The notes beneath the pieces are model-generated. The model made no database searches, was not told the DNA's origin, and worked only from the letters and a program-made list of their open reading frames with translations. Below are positions 25,659-33,411 of a DNA stretch of 64,000 nt, in pieces; within the stretch, counting starts at the first letter, position 1; the number at the start of each line of letters is the position of its first letter. The translations under genes were made by a program, and so were the position numbers. Source of the stretch: a virus; the IMG/VR virus record IMGVR_UViG_3300007345_000001. One strand, written 5' to 3'.

Positions 25659-26267
25659 TTAATGTGCTTTAGCTTGAATTACATACCATTCAATACCATC
25701 ATTCCAAATAGAAAGACCTTCATAAAATCTATCTATCTGCAAAGGACCAACACCACCATCAATAGTGGCTCCGGCTTGAGGATAAATCCATATTTGTTCA
25801 TTTGCATCTACAGTGGAGTCTGTAATAAATCTTATTGATCTAAACACGTTACCATCAATAGGTGGTAGATATACAGAATGATGACCATTCACACCTTCTT
25901 GACCCCACCTCAATAAAACCATATTAGATGGTAGATCTTCAACAGCATAATCTGTTACACCGCCAGATTCACCAATTAATATATGTGGAATTAATGTAGA
26001 TTGTATAGAACTTAAATCAACAGAGTTACCATTTTCAATAGTAAGAATGTTGTTTTCTAAACTAAGTGTTTGATTATCACTTGTTGGATCAAGACTTATG
26101 TAAGCTTTTAAATCTTTTAAAGTAACCAGATTTGTTTTCATTTCTGGTTTTGGTTTTAATATTTCTCTAGAAGTTTTATATCTACCAATTGGCAATACAT
26201 CAGTATCAACCGGCTTCACTTCTTTTTTTCTTGTTACTAATGCTAATATGTCTTGTAGTAAGTTCAT
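25659..26267 (-). CDS. Tail-fibre-like protein (202 aa) with the shared N-terminal module
   Basis: The N-terminus MNLLQDILALVTRKK is paralogous to those of 22091-25189 and 26270-26854. It carries one NGNSVDLSSI repeat-like unit. Confidence 0.6.
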   Translation of the reverse strand: MNLLQDILALVTRKKEVKPVDTDVLPIGRYKTSREILKPKPEMKTNLVTLKDLKAYISLDPTSDNQTLSLENNILTIENGNSVDLSSIQSTLIPHILIGESGGVTDYAVEDLPSNMVLLRWGQEGVNGHHSVYLPPIDGNVFRSIRFITDSTVDANEQIWIYPQAGATIDGGVGPLQIDRFYEGLSIWNDGIEWYVIQAKAH

Positions 26268-26269
26268 TG

Positions 26270-26854
26270 TTATACACTTAAATTAGTTGCTGAAAGATTA
26301 CCATTATTATCCACTGTAATTTCCCATTGAGTTCCATTAGGTGACTCTAGTAAAACACGTTTTAAACTTAGATCAACTTCATCAGCATTTTGTTCTATAC
26401 CTATTGTTTGATTTCCTGATACTAAGGTTCTGAATTTTAAATCTTCACCAACCTTAGATTCAAATACTTGAGCTCCACTACCTATATTACTAGCTGTATT
26501 AGGTTCCCCTGTTGTAGATATTTCTATCTCATTAGCATTTTGTACTACTTGAATATTGTTTCCTGTAGTACTAATGCTTCTCAAGTTAATAGAACAAGGA
26601 TTACTTGTTTTATTAATATATACTCCAACCGGTTTGGTTCCTGTTCCATTATTAAGATTTGTGTATCCGCAGGTATTCTCTGGAAAGAGATCTTTTACCT
26701 TAACCAGCTTAGCACTCTTATATGGAATAGGAGAAGCAACACCTAACATATCAGGCTCTTCGTGTCTACCAACTACAATAAGATCTTCTGGAGTTGGTTC
26801 CGTAACAATTTGCTTTCTCTTAAAGAGACTTAATATATCAGTAAGTATTTGCAT
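26270..26854 (-). CDS. Tail-fibre-like protein (194 aa) with the shared N-terminal module
   Basis: The N-terminus is MQILTDILSLFKRKQ. The body is Asn/Gly/Thr-rich and looks beta-rich. Confidence 0.6.
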   Translation of the reverse strand: MQILTDILSLFKRKQIVTEPTPEDLIVVGRHEEPDMLGVASPIPYKSAKLVKVKDLFPENTCGYTNLNNGTGTKPVGVYINKTSNPCSINLRSISTTGNNIQVVQNANEIEISTTGEPNTASNIGSGAQVFESKVGEDLKFRTLVSGNQTIGIEQNADEVDLSLKRVLLESPNGTQWEITVDNNGNLSATNLSV

Positions 26855-27103
26855 TTACTTCTTTTTTGCTTTTTTCTTTTTAGGTCCTGAGTATGTGCTT
26901 CTACCAGATGTACCACCCATTTTCATTTCTTTGCCATAACCAGCATATTCTTTACCGTATCTCATTTTCTCTGCAGCCATTTCTGCAAAGTCAACCATAC
27001 CACCAGCTTGCATAAGTAGTTTTTCACCACCCATTTGTTTGTATCCTTTTGCTTTAAGTGCATCAAACAATGCTTGTGCACCTGCTTTTTTACTATTTCC
27101 CAT
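26855..27103 (-). CDS. Small basic protein (82 aa) carrying three x-G-G motifs
   Basis: It contains YKQMGGE, MQAGGM and MKMGGT, and has a C-terminal KKKKAKKK. Confidence 0.55.
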   Translation of the reverse strand: MGNSKKAGAQALFDALKAKGYKQMGGEKLLMQAGGMVDFAEMAAEKMRYGKEYAGYGKEMKMGGTSGRSTYSGPKKKKAKKK

Positions 27104-27105
27104 TA

Positions 27106-27252
27106 TTAATCTATATCTAATGTTAATGTCATTATAAATAAATACAACTTAATTGTTGTATAATTAAACTCTTCTGTTGGATCTATCCAGTCCCAACCAA
27201 GAGCTAATCTATTATGAGGCCAGTGAAATGCTATTTCTAATTGCCAATTCAT
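27106..27252 (-). CDS. Small Trp-rich ORF (48 aa), not in the supplied track
   Basis: It translates to MNWQLEIAFHWPHNRLALGWDWIDPTEEFNYTTIKLYLFIMTLTLDID. Its stop is 2 nt from the next start. Confidence 0.25.
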   Translation of the reverse strand: MNWQLEIAFHWPHNRLALGWDWIDPTEEFNYTTIKLYLFIMTLTLDID

Positions 27253-27334
27253 TATATCTTACTTTTGCTTTGACGGCAATAACCCATGCAGATTTTACCA
27301 CGTGATATCCACTGAATAAATAAGCATAGTTGTC

Positions 27335-27469
27335 TCATCTTCCTTGTCCTCTATATTTCTTTTTATAGTTCTTACTTGATTGCAAGTTTGAACTTTTACT
27401 CTTTGCATGAACACCTGGTCTTTTTCTTTTAGCAGGCTTTACATACACTTGAAGGTTTAATTTTGCCAT
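27335..27469 (-). CDS. Small highly basic ORF (44 aa), not in the supplied track
   Basis: It translates to MAKLNLQVYVKPAKRKRPGVHAKSKSSNLQSSKNYKKKYRGQGR. Its ATG forms a TAATG junction with the stop of the holin-like gene. Confidence 0.35.
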   Translation of the reverse strand: MAKLNLQVYVKPAKRKRPGVHAKSKSSNLQSSKNYKKKYRGQGR

Positions 27470-27711
27470 TATTCGTTATCTCTTTTACCCCAAATTTTAT
27501 CAACTGAAGCAAGACCTAGTCCTCCAATACAGATTGCTGCAACAGCATTCACTAATGAAGGAGAGGGTGCAATTTGTTCGTCTGTGGCTTGATTTACATA
27601 TAGGGTTATACATAAAGAGATACCAGCAAGAATGCCAATAAATCTTTTAGAAGAAGGAGTTCCTTTCTCATCTTTTAATAATCCCCCAAGCCAAGCTACA
27701 ATCTTTTTCAT
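27469..27711 (-). CDS. Holin-like two-TM membrane protein (80 aa)
   Basis: Two hydrophobic helices are FIGILAGISLCITLYV and LVNAVAAICIGGLGLASV. It has a charged C-terminus and an N-terminal GTPSSKRF block typical of some holin families. Confidence 0.45.
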   Translation of the reverse strand: MKKIVAWLGGLLKDEKGTPSSKRFIGILAGISLCITLYVNQATDEQIAPSPSLVNAVAAICIGGLGLASVDKIWGKRDNE

Positions 27712-27998
27712 TACTGTTTTTTCTTTGGTCTACCTCTACGTTTTGTACCCTTAGCTGCAGCAACAACATCTTTAGATTGTTCTACTACATCTTTGATCTC
27801 TTCTTTAACATCTTGGAGTTCTTCTTTAACTCTTTTGGCTCTACGTTTAGTTTCTTTAACTACTTCAATTGCCTTTTCATCAACGGTAGTCTTAGACCAA
27901 ATCCAGTCCCAACCTTGCTTGAGTGAAAAATTCCAGATTTTTTGTAATACCTTCTTAATCATTGTTTTAATATTTACGTTTACTCTAATAATATACAA
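27711..27998 (-). CDS. Coiled-coil protein with a C-terminal AT-hook
   Basis: The C-terminus TKRRGRPKKKQ is a canonical RGRP AT-hook core flanked by basic residues. An alternative start at 27962 gives MIKKVLQ. Confidence 0.55.
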   Translation of the reverse strand: MYIIRVNVNIKTMIKKVLQKIWNFSLKQGWDWIWSKTTVDEKAIEVVKETKRRAKRVKEELQDVKEEIKDVVEQSKDVVAAAKGTKRRGRPKKKQ

Positions 27999-28027
27999 AA
28001 AGTTTAAATCTTTTCAAAACAGTAAAC

Positions 28028-28336
28028 TTAGGTGTTCTTTAATCTCTCATTTTCTTTTTCAAGAAATTCCACCTTAACTCTTAGAGCATGGACTTCTGCA
28101 GTAAGCTGAAGTACTTGTTCTCTCATTTCATCTTTTTCTTCAGAAGACTGAGCTAATAAAGACTCAAGATTTCTTACTCTACTTTTTAGGTCATCTCTAT
28201 ATTGCACACCGTCACTGTTTAATGTTTCAAATTTCTCTTTTGCTTTATTCTCTTTATATCTTGTAGATATAAATTGCCATATCCCAGTTGACCCTGCAAC
28301 TGTGATGACCGTTATCAATATCTGTGTGAAATCCAT
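28028..28336 (-). CDS. N-terminally anchored coiled-coil membrane protein (102 aa with the corrected start)
   Basis: The track start at 28393 is a GTG. The ATG at 28336 gives MDFTQILITVITVAGSTGIWQFI, a TM helix, followed by a long heptad-like coiled coil. Confidence 0.5.
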   Translation of the reverse strand: MDFTQILITVITVAGSTGIWQFISTRYKENKAKEKFETLNSDGVQYRDDLKSRVRNLESLLAQSSEEKDEMREQVLQLTAEVHALRVKVEFLEKENERLKNT

Positions 28337-28464
28337 TTTAAATAAATTATAAACAAAAAGGATAGTTGGTATAAAAAACTTATCTTTACACACTATCTAT
28401 ATATAATATACAAAATCTCTCTGGGATTTTGAAATTTTAAATCTATTAACTTTAAATTTTAATT

Positions 28465-28656
28465 ATGTCAAACGTTACAGAAAACACTTTCAACCATAGA
28501 TTCCATGTTAGTTTATTACCATCTGAGCCTTTATTAGGCATCAATGTTCACAACACGGAAGTTCTATGTGCTGATGATGAATTCAGACCAGTATTTAGTA
28601 TTGAGTTTGGTTTCTTATTTTTTACATTAAGTTATTCTAACATGAAGTGGAATTAA
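28465..28656 (+). CDS. Hypothetical small protein (63 aa)
   Basis: It is the first ORF after the divergent intergenic region. Two hairpins follow, the second a terminator. Confidence 0.35.
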   Translation: MSNVTENTFNHRFHVSLLPSEPLLGINVHNTEVLCADDEFRPVFSIEFGFLFFTLSYSNMKWN

Positions 28657-28712
28657 ACCACTTTCCTTTAGGAAGACTGATCAATTTTTTGTAAATTGAT
28701 TATACACTAAAC

Positions 28713-28757
28713 AGCTATACTGCCAGCAAGATCTGTTGGCTTTATAGCTCTTTTTTT
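28713..28757 (+). terminator. Rho-independent terminator (two-tier stem)
   Basis: AGCTATA/TATAGCT forms the outer stem and GCCAGCA/TGTTGGC the inner stem, with loop AGATC. T7 follows at 28751-28757. Confidence 0.7.
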
Positions 28758-28784
28758 CTATAACAGATTTTAAATGAACACATT

Positions 28785-29765
28785 ATGACAAAAAACATTT
28801 TTATGCCACGGGAGAATATTCTTCCATATGAATATCCAAGCTTACTAGATTACAAGGATGCAATTAGACACTCTTACTGGATTGACAGTGAATATAACTT
28901 TACAACTGACATAAATGATTTTAAGATTAATGTGTCTGAAGAAGAACGTGAAGTAATTAAAAGAACTATGTTAGCCATTGCTCAAATTGAAGTTAAAGTA
29001 AAAACTTTCTGGGCTGATTTATATAAGCGTATGCCTATCACAGAAATTGGTGATGTGGGTATGACGTTTGCAGAATCTGAAGTAAGGCATAAAGATGCTT
29101 ACGCAAAACTTCTTAGAATCTTAGGTCTTGAAGAAGAGTTTAAAAATGTAGTTGAGATACCTGCAATTAAAAATAGAATTAAATATCTTAAGAAGTACTT
29201 AGATGGCTCACGCAGTAGAGATAATAAGATGTACACCAAGTCTGTATTATTATTCTCTTTATTCATTGAGCATGTAAGTTTGTTTAGTCAGTTCTTGATT
29301 ATGATGTCATTCAATAAAGAAAGAAATATATTTAAGGGTATTTCTAATGTTGTTGAGGCTACATCCAAAGAGGAAGATATCCATGGTAACTTTGGAGCTG
29401 AGATTATTAATATTATTAAACAAGAAAACCCTGATTGGTTTGATGCTGAGTTTGAAGAACTTATATATTCTGCATGTAGAAAAGCATACAGAGCTGAGTG
29501 TGGTATTTTAGATTGGATCTTTGAAGAAGGTGAATTAGATTTTCTACCAAAGCAAACCATATATCACTTTATAAAAAATAGATTTAATAATTCATTGAAG
29601 AAGATTGGAATGCAACCCCTCTTTGAAGTAAATGATGAATTATTAAGACAGACCAAATGGTTTGAAGTAGAAATTACTGCAACTAAAGAAGGTGACTTTT
29701 TCTATAAGAAACAAATAGATTACAATAAAAAGAGTAAGAGTATAACAGTAGATGACCTATTCTAA
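28785..29765 (+). CDS. nrdB: Ribonucleotide reductase class I small (beta) subunit
   Basis: Ferritin-like di-iron ligands are ESEVRH and EEDIH. The radical Tyr is at H+4 (RHKDAY). The C-terminal tail is ...VDDLF. Confidence 0.85.
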   Translation: MTKNIFMPRENILPYEYPSLLDYKDAIRHSYWIDSEYNFTTDINDFKINVSEEEREVIKRTMLAIAQIEVKVKTFWADLYKRMPITEIGDVGMTFAESEVRHKDAYAKLLRILGLEEEFKNVVEIPAIKNRIKYLKKYLDGSRSRDNKMYTKSVLLFSLFIEHVSLFSQFLIMMSFNKERNIFKGISNVVEATSKEEDIHGNFGAEIINIIKQENPDWFDAEFEELIYSACRKAYRAECGILDWIFEEGELDFLPKQTIYHFIKNRFNNSLKKIGMQPLFEVNDELLRQTKWFEVEITATKEGDFFYKKQIDYNKKSKSITVDDLF

Positions 29766-31392
29766 AATGGATTATAAGAAGTATTATTGGCTGAATGAAG
29801 ATAGCCGCACATTTTTATCAAGAGGATATATAAGTGAAAGTCCTGAACAAAGAATAAAAGATATAGCTAACACAGCAGAAAAGTATCTTAAGATAGAAGG
29901 ATTTGCACAAAAGTTTGAGGATTATATGGCAAGGGGTTTTTACTCCTTGTCTACTCCTGTATGGATTAACTTTGGAAAACAAAAAGGATTACCTATTAGT
30001 TGTTACGGATCTAACATTGATGATACATTAGATAGTATTCTTAATGCTGGACGTGAAATAGGTATGATGTCTAAGTATGGTGGGGGCACTAGTGTTTATC
30101 TAGGTAATATTAGAGAGCGTGGTGCTACTATATCAACCGGTGGTACTGCAGATGGACCAGTTCATTATGCTAGGATTTATGATACTGTTGTTGATGTATG
30201 TAAACAATCAGAAGCAAGACGTGGTGCTTGTGCTGCTTGGTTACCTGTAGAACATTCAGATATCTTAGAGTTCTTAGATATTGGTAGTGAAGGTAATCCT
30301 ATTCAAAACTTACAATATGGTGTTACAGTAACAGATGCTTGGTTAGAGGAAATGAAAGAAGGTGATCCTGATAAACGTAAAGTATGGGCCAAAGTAATTC
30401 AGAGAAGAAATGAATTTGGATATCCATACATAATGTTTAAAGATAACTCTAATAATAATTCTCCATATAAAGAGTTAGGTTTAGAAATTACTGCATCTAA
30501 TTTATGTTCTGAAATTCAACTACCTACAGATAGCTATAATTCTTTTGTATGCTGTCTTGGTTCTATGAACTTATTACATTGGGAAGAAATAGAACAAACT
30601 GATGCGGTTGAGACTTATGTAATGTTCTTAAATGCAGTGATGGATGAATTCATTACTAAATCTTCTACTCTACCTGGTCTAAAAAGAGCCCATAGGTTTG
30701 CTAATCAACACAGAGCCATAGGTTTGGGTGCTTTGGGATATCATTCTTTCTTACAATCCAAGCTTATAGAATTTGAATCTTTGGAAGCAAAAATGTGGAA
30801 TAGCAGAATTTTTAGAAAGATAAAAGAAAAAAGTGATGCAACATCTAAATGGTTACATGAGTACAAAGGTTATACCTCTCTAAGAGAAGGATTTGCTAAT
30901 ACAACATTGATAGCTATTGCACCAACCAAATCTAGTAGTTTCATTCATGGTGCTGTATCAATGGGTATTGAGCCTATTAAATCTAATTATTTTATTAAGG
31001 ATCTGGCTAAAAGTAAAACCATCTACAAGAATCCTTTCCTTGAAGAAGAGTTAGAGAAATATGGTATGAATAATGAAGATACCTGGGAAAGCATATTAAA
31101 GAAAGATGGATCTGTCCAACACTTAGACTTTCCAACAAAAGGTGTATTTAAATCTTTTATTGAGATTAGTCCCAAAGAACTTGTATTACAAGCTGCACAA
31201 AGACAAAAGCATATTGATCAATCACAGTCTTTAAACTTGATGATTCACCCTAGTGTTTCTGCTAAGGATATAAACCAATTATATCTCTATGCTCATGAAG
31301 AAGGTGTGAAGACTTTATACTATCAGTTTAGTCAAAGTTCAGCTCAAGCATTTTCTAGAAACATTCTAGAGTGTGCAAGTTGTGAAGGCTAA
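29752..31392 (+). CDS. nrdA: Ribonucleotide reductase class I large (alpha) subunit, short form without ATP-cone
   Basis: Motifs are PISCYGSN, ASNLCSEIQLP (NxCxE), APTKSSS, the TLYY pair and the C-terminal CASCEG. An alternative non-overlapping start lies at 29767. Confidence 0.85.
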   Translation: MTYSKMDYKKYYWLNEDSRTFLSRGYISESPEQRIKDIANTAEKYLKIEGFAQKFEDYMARGFYSLSTPVWINFGKQKGLPISCYGSNIDDTLDSILNAGREIGMMSKYGGGTSVYLGNIRERGATISTGGTADGPVHYARIYDTVVDVCKQSEARRGACAAWLPVEHSDILEFLDIGSEGNPIQNLQYGVTVTDAWLEEMKEGDPDKRKVWAKVIQRRNEFGYPYIMFKDNSNNNSPYKELGLEITASNLCSEIQLPTDSYNSFVCCLGSMNLLHWEEIEQTDAVETYVMFLNAVMDEFITKSSTLPGLKRAHRFANQHRAIGLGALGYHSFLQSKLIEFESLEAKMWNSRIFRKIKEKSDATSKWLHEYKGYTSLREGFANTTLIAIAPTKSSSFIHGAVSMGIEPIKSNYFIKDLAKSKTIYKNPFLEEELEKYGMNNEDTWESILKKDGSVQHLDFPTKGVFKSFIEISPKELVLQAAQRQKHIDQSQSLNLMIHPSVSAKDINQLYLYAHEEGVKTLYYQFSQSSAQAFSRNILECASCEG

Positions 31393-31413
31393 TAAAATTA
31401 ATACTTAACAGAT

Positions 31414-31446
31414 AAGAACCGGTTAGAAATGGCCGGTTCTTTTTTT
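31414..31446 (+). terminator. Rho-independent terminator after nrdA
   Basis: AAGAACCGG (31414-31422) pairs with CCGGTTCTT (31433-31441). The T run extends to 31446. Confidence 0.8.
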
Positions 31447-31447
31447 G

Positions 31448-31477
31448 TTTACACCTGTAAAATTTGTATATTATAAT
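31448..31477 (+). promoter_or_regulatory. Sigma-70-like promoter candidate for the envelope cassette
   Basis: TTTACA (31448-31453), an 18-nt spacer and TATAAT (31472-31477), 41 nt upstream of the ATG at 31519. Whether the host uses this promoter type is uncertain. Confidence 0.3.
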
Positions 31478-31518
31478 ATAAACCAATCTAACATAGATGT
31501 AAACCTAAATTAGATTAA

Positions 31519-32706
31519 ATGAAAAAATTATTAGCACTTCTGTTATTATTGACAACAACACAGGCATACTCTCAAAGTTTTATTAGTGAGTTATACAAAG
31601 ACTTTTTAAAATATGGAACTGTGTATGGCGCAGGAGAAATAAGAAATTCTGTTGAAGCCCCACATCCAACTTACTTTGTAAGAACTAATGATAACGGTAA
31701 TATTTATTCAATACCAGTAGTAGTAGATAATACGGTAGAATATCCTATGGATTATAGAATTGGTTTTGGTATTAGAAAACTTGCAAGATTTGATTATGAA
31801 AGAAAACCTAGAAATTACTATGATGGTACTGAAGATCAATTAGTATTTACAGCTCCATCTTCTGCAATACAAGGTCTTGAATATCAATTCCATAGAGAAT
31901 GGGAAAGATGGATGGGTAGAGAATTTGACAATAATAGATACTTTTTAAAACACACCGGTAAGTATCATATTGTAAAAGCAGAGTCTAGAGAAGTAGGTAG
32001 AATTAATTTAAAGTATCAATCAGCTGAAGCAAGAGCTAGACTACCTATTGGTAAAAAATTCTCTATTTCAGGTGGTGCAATCTTTAGAACTCATGATCGT
32101 GCTTATGGATATAATCCAATTGCAATTTGGTTAAATGAAAAAGATGAAGATGGTTATGCTGTAAATCCTTGGTGGACTCTTGGGTATGAGTATGGATATA
32201 ATGATATATTTTATACACAAACAAATGAACTAGGTGACACTACTTCTGATTGGTTTTGGGTAGATGCAGATGGCAATGAAGTTGCTCATTCAGATCTAGC
32301 GTTTAGAGAAAATGTGTTCCCTTCATTAATGAATAGATTTAATGAAGAGCGTTGGGCTGAGCTAGACAGATTTGGTGAAATTGCTCCTATACTTGGTTTT
32401 GATTTTTATCATTACAAATCTAACTTTTGGTTACATGCATATGCCAATTGGATTTTGCCTTATCATCATTATGTAATGGGTGATGAAGACTTTTCTTATT
32501 TACATAGAAATGGTTGGGATATGCAGGGTCATAATCAACAACATGAGTTAGGTATGGGTGATCAATGGAGTGATTATTCTTTTGGTGCTAATCTAGGTTG
32601 GAAAGTTGGAAAGAGATTAGGAATATTTGTAGAAGGAGAATATAGTAAAATGTGGGATAGCAGATTATATCAATCTACATTTGGATTAAATTATACATTT
32701 AAATAA
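31519..32706 (+). CDS. Secreted outer-membrane beta-barrel-like protein (395 aa)
   Basis: The signal peptide is MKKLLALLLLLTTTQAYSQ. The body is rich in aromatics and Gly with alternating patterns. The C-terminus is a beta-signal-like FGLNYTFK. Confidence 0.55.
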   Translation: MKKLLALLLLLTTTQAYSQSFISELYKDFLKYGTVYGAGEIRNSVEAPHPTYFVRTNDNGNIYSIPVVVDNTVEYPMDYRIGFGIRKLARFDYERKPRNYYDGTEDQLVFTAPSSAIQGLEYQFHREWERWMGREFDNNRYFLKHTGKYHIVKAESREVGRINLKYQSAEARARLPIGKKFSISGGAIFRTHDRAYGYNPIAIWLNEKDEDGYAVNPWWTLGYEYGYNDIFYTQTNELGDTTSDWFWVDADGNEVAHSDLAFRENVFPSLMNRFNEERWAELDRFGEIAPILGFDFYHYKSNFWLHAYANWILPYHHYVMGDEDFSYLHRNGWDMQGHNQQHELGMGDQWSDYSFGANLGWKVGKRLGIFVEGEYSKMWDSRLYQSTFGLNYTFK

Positions 32707-32714
32707 GAGATAGA

Positions 32715-32999
32715 ATGGCACAACAAATAGATGAAGGAACTAAAGTAACTTTAGATTTAAAAACAATAGGTATTCTCTTATTCTTTGTAGCAACTGTAAT
32801 CGGTATGTGGTTTACACTACAAGCGGATATACAAGAAGCTATGGAAAAACCAGAACCTGTAATTGATAGAACAGAATATGATCTTAAGGATGAATTAATC
32901 CGCCAGACTATTATGGATACTCAAGATGATGTAGATAAAATTTTAGAGGATCTAGAAAAAATAGATCAACGTTTATATGAGTTACAAAAAATAAGATAA
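32715..32999 (+). CDS. Single-pass membrane protein with an acidic coiled-coil C-terminal domain (94 aa)
   Basis: The TM helix is IGILLFFVATVIGMWF. An Asp/Glu-rich helical tail follows. Confidence 0.55.
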   Translation: MAQQIDEGTKVTLDLKTIGILLFFVATVIGMWFTLQADIQEAMEKPEPVIDRTEYDLKDELIRQTIMDTQDDVDKILEDLEKIDQRLYELQKIR

Positions 33000-33000
33000 A

Positions 33001-33411
33001 ATGAAATATATTTTATTATTTATAAGTTTCTTTTTTGTAGTGACTCTACAAGCTCAATCAATAGATTGGGTTAGTGATAACAACTATGATGAAAGAATAC
33101 ATGAAAAATCTCCATTTGGTGATGATAAAACTTCTATTGTAGTAATAGAATTTTGGGCCAAGTTTAATGATCAAAACGCATTCAAAGAATATAATAAAGT
33201 AAAAGAAATTACACATTACTACAGATGTGATTTATCTATAAATCCAGAATTAAAAAAGAAGTATAGAATTAGAATGGCCCCAACTATATTAATCTTTAAG
33301 GATGGTATATTAGAAGAATCATTTAGAGCTGGTTTAGACTTAGAATGTCCTGTAGATTTAAATGAATTAAATGAGAAAATTATAGAAATAAAAAATGCAA
33401 GTCAATTCTAA
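33001..33411 (+). CDS. Secreted thioredoxin-fold-like protein lacking the CxxC active site
   Basis: The signal peptide is MKYILLFISFFFVVTLQAQ. VVIEFWAKFNDQNAF aligns to the Trx block V(L/V)DFWAxWCGPC with the cysteines absent. MAPTILIFKDG matches the Trx cis-Pro block. Confidence 0.5.
   Translation: MKYILLFISFFFVVTLQAQSIDWVSDNNYDERIHEKSPFGDDKTSIVVIEFWAKFNDQNAFKEYNKVKEITHYYRCDLSINPELKKKYRIRMAPTILIFKDGILEESFRAGLDLECPVDLNELNEKIIEIKNASQF

Noticed and set aside
28657-28784. There could be an NrdR box or a riboswitch upstream of nrdB.
   Set aside because: No 16-bp NrdR-like palindrome (acaCwAtATaTwgtgt type) is present. The structures there are an 8-bp all-AT hairpin (28680-28700) and the terminator of the preceding small ORF. 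The leader is too short for a cobalamin riboswitch, and the RNR is class I.
18575-31470. A shared TTTACAC-containing motif upstream of 18603, 28465 and 31519 could be a phage-specific promoter consensus.
   Set aside because: The spacing to -10-like elements and to the start codons differs among the three copies (11 nt, 18 nt, and adjacent to the ATG). The same 7-mer also occurs inside coding regions (for example near 2990 and 4060), about as often as expected in AT-rich DNA. Only the 31448-31477 copy has canonical -35/-10 geometry, and it is listed with low confidence.
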